A stretch of 63,785 nt of DNA, the filler included, from Olpidium bornovanus S191 (Eukaryota; Fungi; Olpidiomycota), in the NCBI GenBank assembly GCA_017911155.1. It is 29 parts of 29 records of this genome, joined end to end, with 100 filler letters (N's around TTAATTAATTAA, not from the genome) between each part and the next. Parts side by side here need not be neighbours in the genome. Positions count along the whole stretch, not along the records: positions 1 to 1,466 come from JAEFCI010012278.1; positions 1,567 to 4,139 come from JAEFCI010007935.1; positions 4,240 to 6,566 come from JAEFCI010007883.1; positions 6,667 to 8,557 come from JAEFCI010003127.1; positions 8,658 to 11,614 come from JAEFCI010007019.1; 24 more parts are not named here. One strand, 5' to 3'. Positions within the stretch are counted from its first letter, which is position 1. Every line of letters begins with the position of its first letter. Of this stretch, positions 1-9,199 are shown in pieces. The notes below the pieces were generated by a model. It had not been told where the DNA came from and searched no databases. It saw nothing but the letters and a program-made list of their open reading frames with translations. The position numbers and the translations under genes were made by a program.

Positions 1-34
<34 letters not shown>

Positions 35-99
35 AACAGTCCGCACGTTTGCGCCGCCTGACACGTTTTTTGCTGAAAACAGTGTTTTTAGCAATCTTC

Positions 100-1250
100 C
101 TAGCGCGAAAAGGTCTTTCGATTTAGCTTCCTCGAAGCTGGTGCCGCCGTCGTCGTCATAAGCTCTCCCAAAGTCTTTTCCGTCACTGCCGTCGTCGTCG
201 CTGGTTACGTGGTTATCCCGCGAGGTAGAGACGCTACGAGGTGAAGCAGGCCAAACCAACCCGCGCGAAAATCCGGAAGCTAACTTCGCGTCGAAAAAAC
301 TGCATTGTTCCAAACAGTCGAATTCGTCGGTAAAGGATCCGCACGGCAACTCTATCCGTTTTCTGTTCCACAGGCTGGACAGGCCTTTAACGTGAGAATG
401 AAGGGCTTCCTGTGAGCGGTGCTTCGAGTGTATCTGCTGGCGGACAACGGGAGATGCAAGGCGCTGGCCAGACGGCGACCGCCTGAGCGGCGACCAGGTG
501 GCATCGCTGGAGACTCCGGAGTAGGATGCCGTCCTCCTGGACTCCAGGGTGAAAATTTTACTTGGAAACTCTATGTCGTTGGTTATGCTTCCCTTCCGCT
601 CGCGGAGCTTGACGACCCGATCTTCCGGGGTCGACGCCGAAACCGTGTGCGAGATCGCCGAGGCGCTCTCGGCCGGCGGCGTGGAGGTGATGATTCTCTT
701 CGGCGCGTCCGGGCGAGAGAGTCGACCCGCGGCAGGACTCGCCGAATCGGACGCGCATTCTGGGGAGGGATCAACCGGAGCGCACGAGTTTCCGACGCCC
801 AAGACGGAAGATGCTTCTGCGTGTCGAGAGGCCTCAATCCTCGAGCTTTCGCTTTTCGTGGCCCCCGAAACCAAGGAATCGCGAATATCAACTGAGTTCG
901 CGTTGTGCACGGCCTGTCCTTGGTCGCTGTTGCAATCAGCCTTATCCCCTCGCACGTCGGCAGCAAAGTTTGGTTCGAACGATACGCTCCTTGCGTGTGT
1001 AATATTTTTTGCTTCACTGCCCCTCACAGCATTAGCGTTGCCACTTGCCATTTCGACCAACGTGCATCATATTCGCGCATACACGCAAGTCACTTGCCCT
1101 CACTTTGGAGATCCCTCTGGCATACGTGCTCTCTTTGGGTGCGGTTCTGTAAAAAGCTGGACGATGCCGTGTTTCACGAAGCTCGGACGCTTCTTGACAA
1201 GCGGAAGCGCGACGTTCTTCGCGTCAATCGCTTCCCGGCCTACGAAACGT
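100..1250 (-). CDS. Possible exons of a hypothetical Ser/Ala/Asp-rich disordered protein
   Basis: A minus-strand frame reads as plausible low-complexity protein (RIITSTPPAESASAISHTVSAS; SDDDGSDGKDF). No family recognised and boundaries are approximate. Confidence 0.25.
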
Positions 1251-1295
1251 CAAACCTGAGCAGCTAATAAGACTACTCCTGACACCAACCGTTTA

Positions 1296-1466
<171 letters not shown>

Positions 1467-1566
1467 NNNNNNNNNNNNNNNNNNNNNNNNNNNNNNNNNN
1501 NNNNNNNNNNTTAATTAATTAANNNNNNNNNNNNNNNNNNNNNNNNNNNNNNNNNNNNNNNNNNNN
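1467..1566. other. Artificial 100-bp contig spacer N44-TTAATTAATTAA-N44 (first of 28)
   Basis: Identical spacers start at 1467, 4140, 6567, 8558, 11615, 12942, 15302, 21159, 23476, 25516, 27865, 29324, 30608, 32999, 36458, 37726, 40583, 43573, 45637, 49288, 51578, 53548, 54714, 56032, 57858, 60162, 61502 and 62632. TTAATTAATTAA gives stops in all six frames. Confidence 0.99.
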
Positions 1567-1981
1567 CATGTTCCTTAAACTGGCGATGGCTGAGTACGTA
1601 CAAGACTCGCAACTCGCAATCTACTTAGCACATTTTGCAATGGCAACAATCTGATATGACCTGTTGTGATTCTGAAAAGATTCAAGATCACTATGACACC
1701 ACGCCATTGGAGCCAGTGGCGTTATCAATCATTGAGAAAATGGATGGGAATTTCTCAAATGCATATTGTCACGGCGCACGCTCCGGTGGCGTCAAACCCC
1801 TCTCGGGCTACATCAAGCCCTTATCGGGGGCAGCCCGCCAAGCGCAAAGTCACGTGACCTAGAAATCGCCGAGTTCACTAGACACACCAGTGTGTCTAGT
1901 CGCGACGTCACGTGACCTCCAGATCAAGATTCTAGACCAAGACCAAGACGGTATGTATAGTGCGCCAGCGCTGTGGTAAGC

Positions 1982-2495
1982 TGTAGCATCGGCGAATTCC
2001 TACCACGCTGTGGCCGCGGAGATTAATTCCAAGGCCCGGCGCCAGTACCGGCGCCATAATAACGGCCTATGGAATATCTCCGAGCCCGCCGCCAGTACCG
2101 GCGCCGTAATAAGAGATATTACAGAATATCTTTGAGCCCGACGCCAGTACCGGAGCCGCAATACTGGATATTGCGCACTGGTACGGCATGACGCACCGGT
2201 ACGCGGTACTGCGCACCGGCGGTATGCGCAGCACTATCAAGATCACACAACAGCATAACCGCGCAGGCGCAGGCATTAGGCCGCGCGTATATAAAGCGCT
2301 ACACCCTGCGTATTTTAGATGTAGATCGTGCATTCCACTACATCTCAAGCATTAAAAGCATTCGCATTCCAGATCCAGACCCAGACCTAGAGTCCAGAGC
2401 CAGACTAGTGAAATACAATCTCCAGATAGCGCATTGCACAGATTACATACTTCACTTGTTACACATAACATCAGGATGCGTTATACGTTGCGACA
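1982..2495 (+). mobile_element. LTR-like sequence (TG...CA) with three ~50-bp internal repeats
   Basis: Starts TGTAGCATC and ends GTTGCGACA (7/9 terminal inverted match). TATATAAAG lies near 2288 and GCCCGNCGCCAGTACCGG(C/A)GCC repeats start at 2034, 2084 and 2136. No TSD found. Confidence 0.4.
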
Positions 2496-3587
2496 TTCTT
2501 GGATCCCCGGTTTGGTCCTTCATTCTTCAAAATGAATGAGTGGGAAGATGCCATTCATCTTCAAGGCAAATGTGATGCGCGCGCGCCTCAGGCACCTTCA
2601 GGGGCCGGCGCCACCGCATCCCTGCGGACTCGGGTCACGTGGCAGGACACCAACCCCCCCCCCCCCCCCCCCCCCCCCACCCCCCCCCCCCCCCCGCCCC
2701 CCCCGCCACCCCCCCCCCCCCCTCGCCACTTCCAACGTGCCTTGAATTAATGCAGTAAGACTATCCAGATCGCCGCATTGTGCTCTCGAATTTTGGGGGG
2801 AACTCTTTTTCCCGACTTTTTTTTGTCTTGGTCGGCGAGGACTGTTTCGCGGCCGCCGGGGAACATCCTCCCTCGTTCGCGTTCCGCTTCTTGGACATTG
2901 TGGACGCCCAAGGGAGTCAGCGGATGCATATTTCAACACCTGGCGTCGGACAAATAAAATCGGCGACATCGCCTTCGTTGCCGCTCCTCCGGCACGTTCC
3001 AGCGTCGTACGCCGCGCCCGCTCTTCTTTGGTTTGGCTGCTTGCGGGTAAAGAGCGGTTCCGGGTATCCGGTCACCAAAGCCGCACGGGTGCTCGAAAAC
3101 GATTCCGCGATGCCATAGTTTGAGTAGCACAAGCGGGAGAGGGCAGGCGCCATATCCGACCAATTCTACGGTAGGCGGCCTCATCATCGTCCGGCAAGTA
3201 TGTGAAAGTCGGCCGGGTGCCCGTCCTGATTGCCCAGCCATTTAGGTTTACGCGGCATTCCCGTTCATTCTTTGGAGAGAAGAGAGGATGCAACGATGAC
3301 GAGTCCGCTGCCCCCACGCTCTCTATGGCTGAAAGCCTTCCTTTGTATTGCAAAAAGAAAGGCGGTGAGGAAGGGAGGACGGCCTGCGGAAAAGTCTTTT
3401 TGTTAACGATACGGGAAAGGTCGCGGCTGTTCTACGGATCTACGGTCTGCACATTTCTCCCCTCCCTTCCCTTCCCTCTTTTATGGAGAAGAGTTTTGGC
3501 GGTTTCTTGCAGCTCACCCGCGTCCGCGGCCTGCCTTGTGCGCAGCGTGCTGCGGGCGGGGGACGGGGGGCAAAGGTGGTCCACGCA

Positions 3588-3631
<44 letters not shown>

Positions 3632-3734
3632 GCCCCCCTCCCGCCGCCGCCTGGGCACACGGCCCGCAAACGCCTGACGCGCGCCGAACACACGCACGCA
3701 CCCGCGCACGCACGCACAAACCCTGCCCCTCTTT

Positions 3735-3872
3735 GTCTCTCTCTCTCTCGCTCTCTCTCTCGCTCTCTCTCTCGCTCTCTCTCTCGCTCTCTCTCTCGCT
3801 CTTCATTTTTCTCTCGCCCCTTTCTCCGTCTCTCTCTCTCTCTCCTTCTCTCTCTCTGCTCTATCTCTCTCG
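3735..3872. repeat. (CT)n / CTCTCTCTCG microsatellite
   Basis: Visible directly in the sequence. Confidence 0.9.
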
Positions 3873-4239
3873 CTCTTTCCTGGGAGAGAACGGCAGAAGA
3901 AACGACCGCGGCTGCCCTCGTCCGCTCCCGCGCGCTCGAGAGCCCAAAAAGGAACAAAAGGGAAAAAAAGAAAGCGAAAAAAAAAAGAAAGAAACGGGGC
4001 CTTGTTGCGACCCGGGCCGGATCCCCTCCCCCCCCCCCCCCCCCCCCCCCCCCACCCCCCCCCCCCCCCCCCCCCTTTTTTTTTTTCCTACCTCCAGTCC
4101 CGGGAGTCGGCAGGCTTGAGGAAGCTCGGAACCTTGAACNNNNNNNNNNNNNNNNNNNNNNNNNNNNNNNNNNNNNNNNNNNNTTAATTAATTAANNNNN
4201 NNNNNNNNNNNNNNNNNNNNNNNNNNNNNNNNNNNNNNN

Positions 4240-5426
4240 CCATGACTTGCTCGGGGTATCGGCCGTCGGCGACGGCCTGCCACCACGTTTGACGGGCGAG
4301 CTTCAGATGCTGTCTGTGCGCGCGGCGGGCTTGGAGAATGGTCCGCTGCGAACCGCCTTCGCCCGCATCTGCGAGAAGGCGCACAGTTGACGGATCGGAC
4401 TGGGACAGCGGCGGGCTACCTGCGCAATAACGCCGCCGAACCTTATAGATCTGTAAAGAAGACGAGCTTTACATGCGAGGGGAACGACTTGGCTCCGAAC
4501 GTACTACGGATGAGGTGGTCGCACGCCGCCACCCGCTCGGCCGAGAGCAGGGCCGCGGTCGTAACTCCGCGGGCTGCTTTCGCCTTCGCCTTGTAAGCGG
4601 TCAGGAGTGCGTCGACCGCTCGTGTGTTCTCCGCGATCCCGGGAAACCCGGAGTCTTCCTCCTCAGCTTGGTTACCGCGGTTTGCTCGCGCAGCCTCCAA
4701 CCGCCGTACGATCTTCTCGACAAAAGGTTTTAGATCTGCCTGCCCCTTCTGATTGTCTTCTTCTCCTCCGTCCCATGGCCGAGTCCCCTCCCCCTGTCGC
4801 GGCGAGATCAAACATCTCGTTTTTATGTCCAGGCCGACCCGCCTCCTCGCGGCCCTCCCCCTCCATCTTCTCTGGATCGCCACAGCGGCATCCGACTGGA
4901 TCCTTTCCAGGTATTTCGAGACTTTAGCCGCGTCCAGTCCCCTGACATTCTCGAGCTGGCGCTCCTTGAACTCGGTGTATTCCCTGCGCACGCTCGATTT
5001 GCGGTCGCGCGCCCGAGCGGCCTGCGCGCGGGCGCGCAGGGCGGCGTACCTCCGCGCGGCTGACGCGGCGCGCCACCAGGCCTGGATGCGGACGACCGAG
5101 CGTAGGACAAGCGCGGATCGCCGGCGAGCGAGGAATCCCCGGAAGCGGGTCTGGATAACTGTGGCAGCGGCGTCGGCGGCGGTTCCGCCGACTTGACGTC
5201 GCGGGAGCGTCCCCTTGGCCGGCGGCCCGTCCGGGGGCGACCTTGGGGCTTCCCCGCCGTACCCGGATTTCTCGCCGCGTCCGTCGCCCCGAGCTGGCAA
5301 CGACCGCCCTTCGCCGTCCTGGTTACGGCGGGAGGTCGCGCCTGCCGGACCGCCGCGCTCATCCTCTTTGAAAATCGTCCTCCTCGTTCGGCGATGCCGC
5401 ATGCCGGCGTCGTCGCCGGCCATAAT
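4240..5426 (-). CDS. IQCB1: IQ calmodulin-binding motif protein, IQCB1/NPHP5-like (C-terminal exons, partial)
   Basis: IQ motifs AATVIQTRFRGFLARRR, VVRIQAWWRAA and AAVAIQRRWRGRAARRR. ERQLENVRGLDAAKVSKYLERIQSDAAVAIQRRWRG parallels human IQCB1 ELQLSMLEIVHPGQVEKHYREMEEKSALIIQKHWRG. Last exon LQARRAHRQHLKLARQTWWQ parallels AKAKQAHLTTLKHIQAPWWK. Acceptor TTGCAG precedes 5426. Confidence 0.75.
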
Positions 5427-6345
5427 CTGCAAGCTCCTCCCCCCAACCTCCCCCCCTCTTCGTCCGTCGCGTCGCGAAAGGGAGCGGCAAACCTCGACTT
5501 TAGGCGACGAATTTTACTAAGGTCTCCGGCGCTCCTACCTAGACGCTGGCTGCAGGAAGGGACGTCCTGCGGACCCGCGCGACCCAGGAGTTTTGCCGCA
5601 GGCGGCCGTACGGCTGCGACGGCCGTGAAGGACGCTGCGCGTTACAAAAGACCGGGGCGCGCGAGGAGGGTGGCGCCGCGCCACTGTGCGGCCGCGATTA
5701 GCAGGCGCGACGACGCGCCGGATGTGTCGATTTGCGGCAGTTGGGCCGAGCCTGGGCATTGTGCTGCCCGGCCGCGCTCTGCGTATCGGCTGCCGCATGT
5801 GCCGTAGGTTGCGACACGGCACGCAGCCGCCGCCGACAACGCCACCGCCGAAAGCGGCGTCCCAGGGCCCGTTCGACACGGCCTGCGCCCATGGACGCTG
5901 TTTCAGAACCTGAGCCCCCCACCCCTCCGCTCGGGCTTGGCAGCAAAACATGCAACTGCCGGTGGGCATGCCAACAAAAGCCGCTCGGTCGTTGCGTGCG
6001 CCGCCGCCACTGTTTCGGCCTGCGGCCGCTCCCTTCGGATATTGCCGGCAGCAACATGCGGAATCGCAGACGGGGTGCCCTGGCCAAAGGACCGCTTCCC
6101 GTCTCAACCCGCACGGGGTCTCACATTCGTCTGACAGCAGCCCATTGCACGCGGCTTGTTGCCTCGGGTGCCCACCCTGCAGTCACCAGCTCGCTCTGGT
6201 ATGCCCCTTGTTTCACAGCAACCGGCCCAATCAGCATCAGCGTGCTTTAGGATGCCGGCGTTTGCATTGTCTGGTCCAGCAAGTAGACCCCGTGACCGGC
6301 AGTGCCGCGGAGGTTCCGTGACGTCTGCTTTACAGCCCAGCCCCT

Positions 6346-6391
<46 letters not shown>

Positions 6392-6396
<5 letters not shown>

Positions 6397-6566
6397 CCTT
6401 TAAATCTTGCCGAGAATGACTCGGCAGATGCCAGGCCCCGCCGCGTCATGGATGCCAACCAGAGCAGGGAACCGATGACCTCAGCATATTGTTTCTTGGA
6501 ACGTGAGGTACTTGGGTAATGGAATTCACGATTCCGTATTGCCACCCCAGATAGTGGTTGGGCCTA
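6392..6566 (-). mobile_element. Degenerate Ty1/copia RT C-terminal fragment
   Basis: QYAEVIGSLLWLASMTRRGLASAESFSARF resembles the copia consensus Y..IGSL.YLA..TRPDIA.AVS.L.RF. Confidence 0.7.
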
Positions 6567-6666
6567 NNNNNNNNNNNNNNNNNNNNNNNNNNNNNNNNNN
6601 NNNNNNNNNNTTAATTAATTAANNNNNNNNNNNNNNNNNNNNNNNNNNNNNNNNNNNNNNNNNNNN

Positions 6667-6880
6667 CGGCCTTAGACCTTACACAAGGATAGTACCAAAT
6701 CCCTGTGGCCGAGAAAGACATAGAGAAGACCGCCTTCAAAATGTGCTACGTGCATTTTGAATGGACCGTTAAGCTCTTCGGTCCATGTAATAACCTGGCA
6801 ACCTTTATACGGTGGATCAATTTGGTCCTTCATGAATTGACAGGTCAGTGCGTTGTCACCTACATGGCATCGCACACGTA
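6667..6880 (+). mobile_element. Degenerate Ty3/gypsy reverse transcriptase fragment
   Basis: LDLTQG*YQIPVAEKDIEKTAFKMCYVHFEWTVKLFGPCNNLATF...VVTYMAS. Contains an in-frame stop and a lost YxDD motif. Confidence 0.85.
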
Positions 6881-6957
6881 TTTCTCGTGTAGTTCAGTTT
6901 TTCCCTACTCTCAAACACCTCCACTGGGAAAAGAAAACACAATAAACAACGAACAAC

Positions 6958-8557
6958 GGGGTATGAACCAACCCGGACCTAACGGCAAAGCTTCCCCCTT
7001 TTGCCGCCGCCGCGCAGCCGCCGCCGCAGCCGCCGCAGCCGCGCTCCGCCGCGCAGCTCGCGCGCCGCTCCCCCGTCACCGCCGCTGCGCGCCCGCCGCG
7101 CGCCCGCCGTCGCCACAACCGCCGTGCGCCCGTCGCCGCGCAATCGCCGCGCAACCGCCGTGCAACCGCGCTGCACCATCTGCGCCGTCATCGCCGCGGC
7201 CCGCGCCCCGTCGCTGCCGCCACAGCCGCTGCGCGCCCGCCGCAGCCGCGCCCACCGCCGCGCAACCGCCGCGCAACCGCCGCGTATCGCCGTCGTCGCC
7301 ACGCCCTGCGATTCTCCGGCTTGTTCTCTCCAATTTTCACTCGTCAAAACACGCAGGCAAAATCGCGCTGCGTCCCTTCTACCGTCACAACAAGCACGCC
7401 GACGGTATGACCGCCTCCTCACGGTCCAAGGCTTCTCTACGACGCTTTCACGAGCAAATGAAACAGTCCCAGGTGGACACGGGAGTTGCGTCGGACACCG
7501 AAAGGGGCAGCGAACTTGACGTTGCCAAGCAGCTCGAGAAGATCGGTATAAACCCACATGCTACACACGGAACTTGCGTGTTTTCGGGGAAACTACCCGA
7601 CAATTTCAAAGAAAGAATCAGAAGAGGACTCCCAGGTCGGCCAACAACGAAACGCAGGTTCGGCATCGGCTGACGGTTACCCCTCCCGCAGCAAGGCCGT
7701 GCTGCAGCCCGGAAAGGGGCAGGGAGGCGTCCGAAAGGACAGAACCTTTGGCCATGCCAACCGGCAAGACCTGGTGGGTTCCTCATACCACAGTGAATAC
7801 TCTGTTAACAAGGAAGCGAGAACCTCAGATAATGCTCTCTCTTCCGTCGCACCCGACAACACTGATCTAGAACAAGACAGGAACAGGAGGGAACGCCGTC
7901 ACAACTCACGGCCGACGAGTCGCAAAAATAGAAAAGCGCATTAGTCGACTACCTTCGACGAATTTGATTCCGACTCGGAGGATGAAGCGGAACGCCGCCG
8001 CCGCCGACGCCGCCACCACTGTGAACGAAGGCGTCGCACAACCAGCTCGTCCGCGAGTTCGCCATCATCTGACGAAGACAGCGAGCCGTCACACCGGAGT
8101 CCTCGTCAACGCCGACGCGGGACTCCGAACGACGACAAAACACTGCGCAAGAAACTGCTGGACACTGTACTAAAATATGACGGGACCGGAGGAGCAGCAC
8201 GCCTGAATCTCTTCATCGAGAAGTCTCGAAAGCGCGCAGCACGTTTGGACCTGTCCAAAGCCATCAAGACTTGGACGGATTTCAAATTCGCGGTCAAGAA
8301 GCAATTTCTACCAGTCGATGTCGAGAATCGAATCTGGTGGCAGCTTCTGATCTGCAAACTCGGCAATTACAAGTCCATCTCTGAGTACAACACTGCATTT
8401 ATGCGTATTGCCCTGCAGCTCAGCGAGAGGTATACAAAGGAGCTCATCGTGAACACCTATGTTGAGAACCTGATTGAGCGTGACGGATCACCCTCGCAAA
8501 TACAGAACCTCATCATCACCAACGCCTCCCTCGAATCGGTCAACCTCGACACCATGA
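6958..8557 (+). mobile_element. Decayed LTR retrotransposon 5' region: GC-rich leader and gag (capsid family with KYDG motif)
   Basis: LLDTVLKYDGTGGAARLNLFIEK...TWTDFKFAVKKQFLP...SISEYNTAF is Retrotrans_gag-like and the same family as the gags near 10500 and 16870. A weak copia-PBS-like GGGTATGAACC lies at 6958. Confidence 0.7.
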
Positions 8558-8849
8558 NNNNNNNNNNNNNNNNNNNNNNNNNNNNNNNNNNNNNNNNNNN
8601 NTTAATTAATTAANNNNNNNNNNNNNNNNNNNNNNNNNNNNNNNNNNNNNNNNNNNNAGATCGGCGCCCATCCTTGCCGGTCGTCCTTGGCATGTTGCAG
8701 GAGGCCGCCAACCTCCGGATAGCTCCGTCCGGTGTCGTGACAGTTGGCTACTTTGATCGACCCGGGAGCCGTTCGGCCAGGACTGAGATGGCGCGGCAAC
8801 GCGGCAATGTTCTCGTCCTGGTGCCCTCGCACTGCCGGGCAACGAGCAA

Positions 8850-9184
8850 GTGACAGCCGGGACGGCTTGGTCAGGAAAATGGGGGGGTCTGGTGGGGGCC
8901 GCTCCGCGAGACACCGAGTTCCCATGGCGAGCCATAGATAGAGATAGACGAACGCACTTACGAGCCATTGTATTAGCCAAAGAGCTAGCGCCAAGCAGTA
9001 GCAGGGGCGGACCCATTGGGTCCCTCAGGGCTGTGTTGGCCCCGGGGCGGTGGCCTCCGGGGCTGTGTTGGCCTCGGGGGTGGTAAATAACCTGTGGTCC
9101 GGGTGGGACCCCGGCTCTACCCGGCTCCGGCCAGGAGAGCCAGGATTCCGCCCAGGTTCCACACACCCCCACTCTCTCAACCCC
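8850..9184 (-). mobile_element. Polypurine tract followed by a TG-starting 3' LTR-like sequence
   Basis: Minus strand reads GGGTTGAGAGAGTGGGGG|TGTGTGGAACC (PPT 9166-9184, LTR from 9165 downward). The LTR end is not defined. Confidence 0.5.
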
Positions 9185-9199
9185 AACACGGGCATGGTG

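Noticed and set aside
549-1259. 236-aa plus-strand ORF
   Set aside because: Its composition looks like the antisense of a charged protein and it has no recognisable domain.
2034-2170. Three ~29-bp partly palindromic repeats with ~21-23-bp gaps, superficially CRISPR-like
   Set aside because: The gaps resemble each other (GAATATCT..GA), the repeats degenerate, there are no cas genes and the host is a eukaryote. This is an ordinary tandem repeat.
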